Both the position numbers and the translations under genes were made by a program. A stretch of DNA of 64,000 nucleotides from an uncultured Prevotellaceae bacterium. Lineage in GTDB: Bacteria > Bacteroidota > Bacteroidia > Bacteroidales > Bacteroidaceae. The stretch is taken from NCBI GenBank assembly GCA_945941025.1, contig CAMEWL010000003.1, forward strand, positions 3,373 through 67,372, written 5' to 3'. The notes beneath the pieces were generated by a model. It was not told the DNA's origin. It ran no database searches and saw only the letters and a program-made list of their open reading frames with translations. Position 1 is the first letter of the stretch, and the number at the start of each line of letters is the position of its first letter. This document shows, piece after piece, positions 37,494 through 47,326 of the stretch.

Positions 37494-40400
37494 TTAATAG
37501 TCACGGCTCACTGCATCTATCTTCTCGCGCAGCTTGGCCATCTGCTCCTCTTGAAGCACGCGCTTGTACTCAATAGGTGTCACCTGTATGAAGTCACCAA
37601 CGTAACGGTTCCAGTCGTCAAGCATACGACCGGCGAGCGCACTGCCAGTATGCAGGTAGTGCTGGCGTATCAGCTCAAGCAACTCCTTACGGCTCACGTT
37701 ATCCTCCACCAGTGTCAGCTCCACCATATCCATATTGCAGAAGTAGTCAAAGGTGTGCTTAGGGTCATACACGTATGCCACACCGCCCGACATACCCGCG
37801 GCGAAGTTACGGCCTGTGGCACCGAGCACCACTACCCTGCCGCCTGTCATATACTCACAGCAGTGGTCGCCGGCACCCTCTATTACCGCTATGGCACCGC
37901 TGTTACGCACCGCGAAACGCTCGCCCACACGACCATTGACATAAAGCTCACCGCTGGTGGCACCGTAGAGTCCGGTGTTGCCTGCTATGATGTTGTCCTC
38001 TGCACGGAAGTCATCATTACTGCGTGACGGCGGCATGATACTGATACGTCCGCCTGACAAGCCCTTGCCGAAGTAGTCGTTGGCCTCACCCTCAAGCAGC
38101 ATACTCATTCCCTTGACTGCAAAAGCACCGAATGACTGGCCTGCCGAACCTCTGAACTTGAGTGATATGCAACCATCGGGCAGTCCCTCTTCACCATATC
38201 GGCGGGCTATCTCACCAGCGAGCATAGTACCTACGGCACGGTCCACATTGCATATAGTATAGTCAAGGCTCACCTCCTCTTTGTTGTCTAAGGCAGGAGC
38301 AGCCATACGTATGATAGCCTCGTCCTTCACATTGCTTACCTCTGTAAATCCACTTCTGTCCCAATAGAGCTGGGTGTCGTGGGCGGATGTCTCCTGATAA
38401 AGCAGACGGGAGAAGTCCATCGTGGCCTGCTTGGTACCATCGGCGGCAGCATGTACCTCGATGAGGTCTGTCCTGCCGATGATGTCCTTCAGTCTCTTAA
38501 CACCTATCTCTGCAAGGTATTCACGTACCTGCTCGGCAAGGAAGGTGAAGAAGTTTACAACATACTCAGCACGTCCCCTGAAGTGTGCACGCAGTCTCTC
38601 GTCCTGAGTAGCCACGCCCACCGGACAGGTGTTAGTGTTACACTTACGCATCATGACACAGCCGAGAACTATGAGCGGCAGTGTGCCAAATGAGAACTCA
38701 TCAGCACCGAGCATTGCCATAATGATGACATCGCGCGCCGTCTTCAGCTGGCCGTCAGTCTGCAGGCGCACCTGGTTACGCAGTCCGTTTCTTACGAGTG
38801 TCTGCTGTGTCTCAGCCAGTCCTATCTCAGGTGAGATACCTGCAAAGCGCATTGATGAAGCAGGCGATGCTCCCGTGCCGCCCTCTGCACCACTGATGAC
38901 GATGAGGTCGGCCTTTGCCTTTGCCACACCTGCAGCGATGGTGCCCACACCACTCTCAGCCACGAGCTTCACTGAAACGGCTGCTGTAGGGTTGATGTTC
39001 TTCAAGTCGAAGATAAGCTGCGCCAGGTCCTCAATACTATATATGTCATGATGTGGCGGTGGTGAAATGAGTGATATGCCAGGTATAGCGTTGCGTGTCT
39101 TGGCTATCACCTCGTTGACCTTAAAGCCCGGCAGCTGTCCGCCCTCACCAGGCTTAGCTCCCTGTGCCACCTTAATCTGTATCTCCTCTGCATTGACCAG
39201 ATACTCGGCAGTGACACCAAAGCGTCCGCTGGCCACCTGCTTGGTCTTACTTGACAGACTCACACCGTCAACCTCTGTATGGTAACGTGCGTTGTCCTCA
39301 CCGCCCTCACCGGTATTGCTGCGCGCACCAAGTTTGTTCATGGCAAGCGCCAGAGCCTCATGAGCCTCTATGCTAAGTGCACCGAATGACATAGCGCCTG
39401 TAACGAAATGTCTTACTATACTCTCTACAGGCTCCACCTCGTCAACAGACAACGGAGCAGCAGCCTTCTTGAAACCGAAGAAGTCACGTATGAACAGCGG
39501 ACTCTCCTTCTCATCTACCATCTTAGCCCACTCCTTGAACTTGGCGTATGAACCGAGACGGGTGGCTATCTGCAGATTGGCTATAGTATCAGGATTCCAT
39601 GCATGCTTTATTCCGTCCTTACGATAAGAGAACAGTCCGTTATCAGACAGGAGCGATACATCACTGTCAGTCTTAAGCGAGTAAGCCTCACTGTGCAGTC
39701 TCGCCGCATCACGGGCTATATCACGCAAGCCTATACCACCAATGGTACTTACCTCCGTACCGAAGTACCTGCGCAGCAGTTCCTCACTGAGACCTATGCT
39801 CTCAAATATCTTGGCACCACGATATGAGCGTATGGTGGAGATACCCATCTTTGACATTATCTTCTTCAGGCCCTTGTCAACCGCCTTTATGTAGTTATGC
39901 TCTGCCGTGGCATACTCCTCTTGTATCTTGCCGTGTCTTACAAGATTGTCAAGCACGGCGAAGGTCATATAAGGACAGATGGCGCTGGCACCATAGCCAA
40001 GCAACAAAGCAGCGTGCATAACCTCACGTATCTCACCACTCTCTACTATCAAGGCCGTCTGCACACGCTTCTGAACACTTATCAGATAGTGGTGTACAGC
40101 AGACACTGCCAGAAGAGACGGGATGGCAGCATGCTGCTCATCAACGTCACGGTCGGTAAGGATGATATAGTTCACTCCATCATCTACCGAAGCCTCTGCC
40201 TCCTTGCACAGTGTATCTATAGCCTCGCGCAGTCCCTCCTCGCCTTTCTCCTTGTCGAAGAGCATAGAGAGCTTCCTTGTCTTAAAGCCCTTGTAGCTGA
40301 TGTTACACAGTATGTCGAGCTGGGTATTGGTAAGCACCGGCTGAGGCAAGCGCACCATCTTACAGTTCTTCTCGTCAGGCGTGAGTATGTTGGTGCCCAC

Positions 40401-42005
40401 CGCACCTATGTACTCCGTCAGGCTCATCACCAGTTCTTCACGTATAGGGTCGATGGCAGGGTTTGTGACCTGTGCAAACTGCTGGCGGAAATAGTTGAAG
40501 AATACCTGCGGGCGATCGCTGATGACAGCCAGCGGAGTATCATTACCCATAGCAGCTACAGGCTCCTGTCCTGCAGTAGCCATAGGCACGAGGGTCTTAT
40601 CAATATCCTCTTGTCCGAAACCGAACATACGGAGTCTGCGTTCGTAGTCAGGAACAGTATTTTCCACTTTACGTCCGCTCTTCAGCTTCTCCAACTGAAT
40701 ACGGTTGGTGGACAGCCACTCACGGTAAGGGTGTGCACCTGCCAACTGCTCCTTTATCTCACCATCGTAATATATCTTGCCTTCCTCTGTGTCAACAAGC
40801 AGTATCTTACCTGGCTGCAGACGGCCCTTGCTTACCACGTCGGCAGGGTCAAAGCTCATCACTCCCGCCTCTGACGCTACTACCATCATACCCTGACGTG
40901 TGATGGTATAGCGTGACGGACGAAGACCGTTACGGTCAAGCATACCGCCAGCATAGCGACCATCGCTGAACAACAGTGCAGCAGGACCATCCCATGGCTC
41001 CATCAATATAGAGTGATACTCATAGAAAGCCTTCAAGTCCTCAGATATAGGGTTCTTGTCATTAAATGACTCTGGCACAAGTATCGCCATAGCCTGTGGC
41101 AGTGACAGTCCGCTCATTGTAAGGAACTCAAACACGTTGTCAAGGCTCGCGGAGTCACTCATTCCCTCCTGCACTATAGGACGCAGGTCACTGATGTCGC
41201 CCAGCGCCTCGCTGTTAAGCACACTCTCACGAGCCTTCATCCATCCGCGGTTGCCGCGTATGGTGTTTATCTCACCGTTATGTGCCAAGAGGCGGAACGG
41301 CTGTGCCAACTTCCACTGAGGGAATGTGTTGGTAGAGAAACGTGAGTGCACCAATGCCAAGCCACTGGTGAAGTAAGGATTTGACAGGTCTGGGAAGTAG
41401 CGGCGCAACTGTCCACTCGTCAACATCCCTTTATATATAATGTTACGCGTTGACAATGAACAGATATAGAAATCCTCATCCGAAACCTTGTTCTCAATCC
41501 TTTTTCTTACCTTATATAATATACGGTCAAGCTGCTCAAACTGCTCATCAGCCGTTCCCGTCACAAATATCTGCTTCACGACAGGCTCCACCTCACGCGC
41601 AGCCACACCAAGAGCCTCAGGGTTTGTCGGCACGTCACGCAGGGGCATCAGACCGAGACCTTCCTTCTCTACCTCCTGCACCAACACAGCAAGAATATCC
41701 TGCTGGCGTGCCTCGTCTTTTGGCAAGAAGATGAGTCCCGTACCATAGCGTCCCTTCTCAGGCACCGGTATTCCCTGGAGCAATATAAACTCATGCGGTA
41801 TCTGCACCATGATGCCGGCACCGTCGCCGGTCTTGTCGCGCGTCTCAGCGCCGCGGTGCTCCATGTTCTCCAATACACGCAGCGCATTGTCAACCAACTC
41901 GTGACTCTTTCCTCCATGTATGTTCACCACCATGCCTACTCCACAGGCATCGTGCTCATAACTGCTTTGATAAAGTCCACCTTGTTTTTTAATACACGTT
42001 GTCAT
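37494..42005 (-). CDS. gltB: Glutamate synthase large subunit
   Basis: Ntn-amidotransferase start ...HDACGVGMV plus FMN and GXGXG domains, ~1503 aa. The start was set at MTTCIKK (42005) because a -7 box lies at 42047-42054, inside the longer ORF. Confidence 0.93.
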   Translation of the reverse strand: MTTCIKKQGGLYQSSYEHDACGVGMVVNIHGGKSHELVDNALRVLENMEHRGAETRDKTGDGAGIMVQIPHEFILLQGIPVPEKGRYGTGLIFLPKDEARQQDILAVLVQEVEKEGLGLMPLRDVPTNPEALGVAAREVEPVVKQIFVTGTADEQFEQLDRILYKVRKRIENKVSDEDFYICSLSTRNIIYKGMLTSGQLRRYFPDLSNPYFTSGLALVHSRFSTNTFPQWKLAQPFRLLAHNGEINTIRGNRGWMKARESVLNSEALGDISDLRPIVQEGMSDSASLDNVFEFLTMSGLSLPQAMAILVPESFNDKNPISEDLKAFYEYHSILMEPWDGPAALLFSDGRYAGGMLDRNGLRPSRYTITRQGMMVVASEAGVMSFDPADVVSKGRLQPGKILLVDTEEGKIYYDGEIKEQLAGAHPYREWLSTNRIQLEKLKSGRKVENTVPDYERRLRMFGFGQEDIDKTLVPMATAGQEPVAAMGNDTPLAVISDRPQVFFNYFRQQFAQVTNPAIDPIREELVMSLTEYIGAVGTNILTPDEKNCKMVRLPQPVLTNTQLDILCNISYKGFKTRKLSMLFDKEKGEEGLREAIDTLCKEAEASVDDGVNYIILTDRDVDEQHAAIPSLLAVSAVHHYLISVQKRVQTALIVESGEIREVMHAALLLGYGASAICPYMTFAVLDNLVRHGKIQEEYATAEHNYIKAVDKGLKKIMSKMGISTIRSYRGAKIFESIGLSEELLRRYFGTEVSTIGGIGLRDIARDAARLHSEAYSLKTDSDVSLLSDNGLFSYRKDGIKHAWNPDTIANLQIATRLGSYAKFKEWAKMVDEKESPLFIRDFFGFKKAAAPLSVDEVEPVESIVRHFVTGAMSFGALSIEAHEALALAMNKLGARSNTGEGGEDNARYHTEVDGVSLSSKTKQVASGRFGVTAEYLVNAEEIQIKVAQGAKPGEGGQLPGFKVNEVIAKTRNAIPGISLISPPPHHDIYSIEDLAQLIFDLKNINPTAAVSVKLVAESGVGTIAAGVAKAKADLIVISGAEGGTGASPASSMRFAGISPEIGLAETQQTLVRNGLRNQVRLQTDGQLKTARDVIIMAMLGADEFSFGTLPLIVLGCVMMRKCNTNTCPVGVATQDERLRAHFRGRAEYVVNFFTFLAEQVREYLAEIGVKRLKDIIGRTDLIEVHAAADGTKQATMDFSRLLYQETSAHDTQLYWDRSGFTEVSNVKDEAIIRMAAPALDNKEEVSLDYTICNVDRAVGTMLAGEIARRYGEEGLPDGCISLKFRGSAGQSFGAFAVKGMSMLLEGEANDYFGKGLSGGRISIMPPSRSNDDFRAEDNIIAGNTGLYGATSGELYVNGRVGERFAVRNSGAIAVIEGAGDHCCEYMTGGRVVVLGATGRNFAAGMSGGVAYVYDPKHTFDYFCNMDMVELTLVEDNVSRKELLELIRQHYLHTGSALAGRMLDDWNRYVGDFIQVTPIEYKRVLQEEQMAKLREKIDAVSRDY

Positions 42006-42046
42006 ATTATCCTTACTTTTACTTTCTGTTTTCTGGTTTTCGGTTG

Positions 42047-42054
42047 CAAAATTA
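42047..42054 (-). promoter_or_regulatory. -7 box TAATTTTG upstream of gltB
   Basis: Plus strand reads caaaatta, ~42 nt upstream of the ATG at 42005. Confidence 0.55.
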
Positions 42055-42263
42055 TACAAATAGTTTGAATTATCATTATTTTTCTTTCATTTTTTTACTT
42101 ATTTTCTTTCGCTTCTGACACTTTGTAATAAATCTACCCATTTTTCAATCAGTCTGTAAACAAAACAGCACCTATACTGACACTTTGTTTACACATTGTT
42201 AGTTTAATAAAAAATATAAATACAAAAAGACACATTTTTATCTAATAATTTGTCGTTTTGTAT

Positions 42264-42271
42264 TAATTTTG
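42264..42271 (+). promoter_or_regulatory. -7 box TAATTTTG upstream of amtB
   Basis: Exact TAnnTTTG match. It overlaps the TTG start of ORF 42269, so the start moves to the ATG at 42290 (or 42314). Confidence 0.55.
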
Positions 42272-42289
42272 CATTCGGTTTTGATAAAT

Positions 42290-43693
42290 ATGACAAATAT
42301 AAAAGGTAAAAACATGATTAAGAAAAGATGGATAACGCTGATGGCGGCAATGACACTGATTGCCATAGCGGGTTTGTTTGTCGGCGAGCCGACATTTGAG
42401 TGCGACTGGTCTCAGGTGTCAGCGGCTGACGTGGCGTGGCTGATAACCGCCACCATATTTGTATTAATGATGACTCCCGGATTGTCATTCTTTTATGGAG
42501 GCATGGTCGGAGCGAAGAACGTCATCTCCACGATGCTGCAGTCGTTCATCGCAATGGGACTGATATCTGTTCTGTGGGTGGTGATTGGTTTCTCCCTGTG
42601 TTTCGGCGATGATATAGGGGGCGTGATTGGCTCGCCGCTGACCTTCCCCATGTTCCACGGCGTGGGAGGAGCCGTTTACACCACTCCTGCAGGCAACGTA
42701 CTCGGCGGCGCAACCATACCGCTGGCGCTCTATGCTCTGTTCCAGATGAAGTTCGCAATCATAACGCCGTCACTTATCACCGGTTCGTTTGCAGAGCGCG
42801 TGAGATTCTCCGCCTACCTGTTCTTCATGATGTTCTTCTTTTTCGTGATATACTGTCCGCTGGCACACATGACGTGGCATCCCGAGGGACTGTTCATGCG
42901 TTGGGGTGTGGTGGATTTCGCCGGTGGCATAGTAGTCCATGCCTCTTCTGGCGTGGCTGCTCTGGCAGGAGCCATCTTCCTCGGCAGACGCAGCACAGCG
43001 AAGAGCGAGCCTGCCAACATTCCATTCGTATTGCTCGGTGCAGCGATGCTCTGGTTAGGATGGTTCGGATTCAACGCCGGTTCATCACTACATGCAGACG
43101 GACAGGCGGTAAAGGCTTTCCTTAACACCAACACGGCATCGGCCACCGCCATGATGACATGGATATTCTTTGACTGTCTGCGCGGTCGCAAGCCCTCAGC
43201 CATGGGAGCTGCAGTAGGTTGCGTGGTAGGCCTGGTGGCCATCACCCCTTCAGCCGGCTACGTCACTGTGGGACAGAGTATCTTTATTGCGTTCACCATA
43301 ACCTTAATATGCAACATAGCCGTTTACTGGCGTTCACACACAAGAATCGATGATGCTCTGGATGTATTCCCCACACACGGCACAGGCGGCATATTCGGCA
43401 CCGTGCTCACAGGCATATTCATACAAGAGGGACTGATAGCAGGCACATGGGACGGTTTCGTGATCTTCTTGTATCACCTGCTCGCCATCGTGATAGTCTT
43501 TGTCTATACATTTATAATGAGTTGGGTGGGTTATTGGCTTATAGACCAGCTGCTACCCATGCGCGTATCGGCATACAGCGAGAAGGTAGGACTTGACTTC
43601 TCCCAGCATGACGAGCACTACGGACTGGCTCACATAGGCGAGCGCGAGATAGCAGAATACGAGGAGCATCTAAGGGAGAAAATGAAAGATTGA
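42290..43693 (+). CDS. amtB: Ammonium transporter (Amt family)
   Basis: DVAWLITATIFVLMMTPGLSFFYGGMV and VDFAGGIVVHASSGVAALAGAIFLG are signature Amt motifs. The start is uncertain (42290 or 42314). Confidence 0.92.
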   Translation: MTNIKGKNMIKKRWITLMAAMTLIAIAGLFVGEPTFECDWSQVSAADVAWLITATIFVLMMTPGLSFFYGGMVGAKNVISTMLQSFIAMGLISVLWVVIGFSLCFGDDIGGVIGSPLTFPMFHGVGGAVYTTPAGNVLGGATIPLALYALFQMKFAIITPSLITGSFAERVRFSAYLFFMMFFFFVIYCPLAHMTWHPEGLFMRWGVVDFAGGIVVHASSGVAALAGAIFLGRRSTAKSEPANIPFVLLGAAMLWLGWFGFNAGSSLHADGQAVKAFLNTNTASATAMMTWIFFDCLRGRKPSAMGAAVGCVVGLVAITPSAGYVTVGQSIFIAFTITLICNIAVYWRSHTRIDDALDVFPTHGTGGIFGTVLTGIFIQEGLIAGTWDGFVIFLYHLLAIVIVFVYTFIMSWVGYWLIDQLLPMRVSAYSEKVGLDFSQHDEHYGLAHIGEREIAEYEEHLREKMKD

Positions 43694-43715
43694 GAATATA
43701 TACATAAATAAAATA

Positions 43716-45329
43716 ATGACAGACACCAAGTACATATTCATAACTGGCGGCGTAGCCTCATCACTCGGCAAGGGCATCATCTCCGCATCACTCGGCAAAC
43801 TGCTGCAGGCAAGGGGCTACAACATCACGATACAGAAGTTTGACCCATACATCAATATAGACCCCGGCACACTCAACCCCTACGAGCACGGCGAGTGCTA
43901 TGTGACCGCTGACGGCATGGAGACCGACCTCGACCTGGGACACTACGAACGCTTCACAGGTATTGAGACCACACGCAACAACAGCGTGACCACCGGACGC
44001 ATATACCAGAGTGTCATCAACCGCGAGCGACGCGGCGACTACCTCGGAAAGACTATACAGGTGGTACCCCACATCACCGACGAGATTAAGCGCAGGATAA
44101 TGCATGACGACACGCACAGCCTTGACTTCGTGATAACCGAGATAGGCGGCACCATAGGAGACATCGAGAGCCAGCCGTTCCTTGAGGCCATCAGGCAGCT
44201 GCGGTGGGAACTGGGTACCGAGAGGGCACTCAACGTACACCTGACTTACGTACCTTACCTTGCCGCCGCCGGCGAGCTGAAGACGAAGCCCACGCAGACA
44301 AGCGTGAAGCAACTGCAGGGACTGGGCATACAGCCCGAGGTGCTGGTGCTGCGCACCGAGCATGAGCTCAGCGACGAGCTTAGGAAGAAGGTGGCGCACT
44401 TCTGTAACGTGGACATAAAGGCCGTGATACAGAGTCAGGATATGCCGAGCATCTACGAGGTGCCCGTCAATATGCAGCGGCAGGGACTGGATGCCATCAT
44501 CCTCACGAAGATGGGACTGCAGCCCGGGGTAACGCCAGAACTGGGTCCGTGGCGCAACTTCCTGGAGCGCAGGAAACATGCGACGGAGGTACTTGACATA
44601 GCCCTCGTGGGCAAGTATGACCTGCAGGACGCATACAAGAGCATTCTTGAGAGTCTGGCGCACGCCGGCACATATAACGACCGCAAGGTGCAGACTCACT
44701 TCATTAACAGCGAAAGTCTGACAGCCGACAACGTAGAGGAGAAGTTGCGTGGCATGGCAGGAGCTGTGATATGCCCCGGTTTCGGTGTGCGCGGCACTGA
44801 GGGCAAGATATTGGCGGCGGAGTATTGCCGCACACATAACGTGCCAGCCTTCGGTATATGTCTCGGTATGCAGATGATGGTGATAGAGTTCGCACGCAAC
44901 GTGCTGGGCTATGCTGACGCGAACAGCAGCGAGATGGATGCCGCTACCACACATAACGTCATTGACATAATGGAGGGGCAGAAGAGCATAAAGCAGATGG
45001 GCGGCACCATGCGCCTCGGAGCATACGAGTGCGAGATAGCCGGGGACAGCAGGACGTTACTGGCATACGGCGGCAAGAGCCTGATAAGAGAGCGTCACCG
45101 CCACCGCTATGAGTTCAACAACGATTACAAGGGCGACTTTGAGAGCCACGGTATGCGCTGCGCCGGCATCAATCCGCAGACGGGGCTTGTGGAGATTGTG
45201 GAGCTGCCGTCACACCGCTGGTACATCGGAACACAGTTCCACCCTGAATATTCGTCAACGGTGCTGCATCCGCATCCGTTGTTTATGTCGTTCATTAAAG
45301 CATGTATAGATGGAACAACTGAAGCATGA
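43716..45329 (+). CDS. pyrG: CTP synthase (glutamine-hydrolysing)
   Basis: MTDTKYIFITGGVASSLGKGI... and the GATase region GICLGMQ. 537 aa. Confidence 0.95.
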   Translation: MTDTKYIFITGGVASSLGKGIISASLGKLLQARGYNITIQKFDPYINIDPGTLNPYEHGECYVTADGMETDLDLGHYERFTGIETTRNNSVTTGRIYQSVINRERRGDYLGKTIQVVPHITDEIKRRIMHDDTHSLDFVITEIGGTIGDIESQPFLEAIRQLRWELGTERALNVHLTYVPYLAAAGELKTKPTQTSVKQLQGLGIQPEVLVLRTEHELSDELRKKVAHFCNVDIKAVIQSQDMPSIYEVPVNMQRQGLDAIILTKMGLQPGVTPELGPWRNFLERRKHATEVLDIALVGKYDLQDAYKSILESLAHAGTYNDRKVQTHFINSESLTADNVEEKLRGMAGAVICPGFGVRGTEGKILAAEYCRTHNVPAFGICLGMQMMVIEFARNVLGYADANSSEMDAATTHNVIDIMEGQKSIKQMGGTMRLGAYECEIAGDSRTLLAYGGKSLIRERHRHRYEFNNDYKGDFESHGMRCAGINPQTGLVEIVELPSHRWYIGTQFHPEYSSTVLHPHPLFMSFIKACIDGTTEA

Positions 45330-47043
45330 GTGCGGCGTGGCTATGATACGCCTGCTTAAGCCGCTGGAGTATTACCGCGAGAAGTATGGCACTCGCCGCT
45401 ATGGCCTTGACAAACTCTACCTTATGATGGAGAAGCAGCACAACCGCGGTCAGGAGGGCGCCGGCATGGCGTTCGTATGTCTTGACGCTCCGGCCGGCGA
45501 GGAATATATGTTCCGCGAGCGTGCCGAGGGCAAGGATGCCATCACCGAGGTGTTCGGCCGCGTCACTCAGGGCACCGCCGCCGAGGAGGCCTCGCTCTTA
45601 ATGGGACACCTGCGCTACTCCACCACGGGCAGGAGCGGACTGCAATACGTGCATCCTTTCCTGCGCCGCAACAACTGGCGGGCACGCAACCTCGCCTTGT
45701 GCGGCAACTTCAACATGACCAACATTGATGAGGTGTTCCATTACCTTACGGCACAAGGACAGTCACCGCGAGTATATGGCGATGCCTATATCACACTCGA
45801 GCTGATGGGCCATCGCCTGGACCGCGAGGTGGAGCGGCTCTATGCCATGGCATGGGAACTGGGACTGGAGGGCGCTGACATCACGCGGTACATTGATGAG
45901 CACGTTGACATGGCCAACGTACTGAAGACCACTATGCCTCGCTTTGACGGCGGCTACGTGATGTGCGGACTGACAGGCTCTGGCGAGATGTTCTGCGTGC
46001 GTGACCCTTGGGGCATACGTCCCGCCTTCTACTATACTGACGACGAGGTGGTGGTAGTGGCAAGCGAGCGCCCTGTCATACAGACAACGTTTGACCTTGA
46101 GGTGGATGACATAAAGGAACTACAACCGGGACAGTCACTTATCGTCAATAAGAGCGGACGCATAAAACAAAGTCAGATAACAGAGAGTACCGCCTGCACT
46201 GCCTGCAGTTTTGAGCGCATATACTTCAGCCGAGGCAGCGACAGCGACATCTATCGCGAGCGTAAGCGTCTCGGCGAACAGCTTACCCCGGATATTATCA
46301 AGGCCATTGACGGCGACACCGCCAACACCGTATTCTCATACATTCCAAACACCGCCGAGACCGCCTTCTACGGCATGACTGACGGTATAAGGAAGATATA
46401 CCCGCAGGTGCGTACTGAGAAGGTGGTATGGAAGGACATTAAGCTGCGTACCTTCATAAGTGACAGCGCCGAACGCAATGACCTCGCCGCCCACGTGTAT
46501 GACATCACCTACGGCTCACTGACACCTTACAAAGACAACCTGGTGATAATAGACGACTCCATAGTGCGAGGCACGACGCTGAAGGAGAGCATTTTCAAGA
46601 TTCTTGACCGCCTGCATCCAAAGAAGATAGTGATGGTATCAAGTTCTCCACAGATACGCTACCCAGACTACTACGGCATTGACATGTCACACCTTGAGGA
46701 ACTGTGCGCCTTCCGCGCTGCCATGGCACTGATAAGGGAACGAGGCATGAAACAGCTCGTCACCAATGTATATAATGCCTGCAAGGAACAGCCGCAGGTT
46801 AACCATGTAAGAAAGATATACGCCCCGTTCACCGTAGAGGAGATAAACCGCAAGATAGTGGAGATGCTACGGCCGGAGAATATGCATACGCCCATCGAAC
46901 TGGTATTCCAAAGCATCGAGGGACTGCGTCAGGCTTGTCCGCACCATACAGGCGACTGGTACTTCACAGGCAACTACCCCACCCCGGGCGGAATACGCAT
47001 GGTAAACCAAGCTTTCATCGACTATATAGAACACAGTTCCTAA
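45310..47043 (+). CDS. purF: Amidophosphoribosyltransferase-like class II glutamine amidotransferase
   Basis: A short propeptide precedes the Ntn Cys (MEQLKHE|CGVAMI). The PRPP-binding loop is LVIIDDSIVRGTT. The gene overlaps pyrG by 20 nt. It belongs to the long Bacteroidota-type PurF form, so its exact function is less certain than the family assignment. Confidence 0.75.
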   Translation: MEQLKHECGVAMIRLLKPLEYYREKYGTRRYGLDKLYLMMEKQHNRGQEGAGMAFVCLDAPAGEEYMFRERAEGKDAITEVFGRVTQGTAAEEASLLMGHLRYSTTGRSGLQYVHPFLRRNNWRARNLALCGNFNMTNIDEVFHYLTAQGQSPRVYGDAYITLELMGHRLDREVERLYAMAWELGLEGADITRYIDEHVDMANVLKTTMPRFDGGYVMCGLTGSGEMFCVRDPWGIRPAFYYTDDEVVVVASERPVIQTTFDLEVDDIKELQPGQSLIVNKSGRIKQSQITESTACTACSFERIYFSRGSDSDIYRERKRLGEQLTPDIIKAIDGDTANTVFSYIPNTAETAFYGMTDGIRKIYPQVRTEKVVWKDIKLRTFISDSAERNDLAAHVYDITYGSLTPYKDNLVIIDDSIVRGTTLKESIFKILDRLHPKKIVMVSSSPQIRYPDYYGIDMSHLEELCAFRAAMALIRERGMKQLVTNVYNACKEQPQVNHVRKIYAPFTVEEINRKIVEMLRPENMHTPIELVFQSIEGLRQACPHHTGDWYFTGNYPTPGGIRMVNQAFIDYIEHSS

Positions 47044-47056
47044 TTAATAATGATAT

Positions 47057-47216
47057 AACTCAACTTTCTGAAGTAGTCAAGTAGACAGTAGTTAAGTAGT
47101 TAAGACAATACAGAATACCTCAGCATGAGCCTCGGTTCGTCAATAAACAGCAAATAGCCAGGGTAATGTCTTAACTCCTTTACTTCTTTACTCCTGAAGA
47201 CTAAGAAGTTGAGTAC
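47057..47216 (+). repeat. Long imperfect palindromic element (MITE-like or leader hairpin), copy B
   Basis: AACTCAACTTTC...AGTAGTTAAGTAGTTAAGACA...TGTCTTAACTCCTTTACT...AAGAAGTTGAGTAC. The outer and inner arms match those of 9740-9870, while the central loop is unrelated. Confidence 0.7.
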
Positions 47217-47260
47217 AAGCGAAACTTAAATAATTAATAATTAATACCCCCATACTCAGG

Positions 47261-47294
47261 CTCCCTCCCTCACAGGGAGGGCTGGGGTGGGTCT
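47261..47294 (+). repeat. G-rich hairpin repeat CTCCCTCCCTCACAGGGAGGGCTGGGGTGGGTCT
   Basis: Same element as 35289-35322. Here the G-rich strand is the sense strand, 33 nt upstream of the asnB ATG. Confidence 0.85.
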
Positions 47295-47326
47295 ATAACT
47301 CACAACTCATAACTTGTATAATCACT

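Noticed and set aside
42006-42059. Longer ORF-track starts for gltB (42059), the FadL-like gene (7811), the DASS transporter (2035), GH43 (14724) and amtB (42269).
   Set aside because: In each case an exact TAnnTTTG -7 box lies inside or overlaps the extension. A downstream ATG then gives the family-typical N-terminus or signal peptide.
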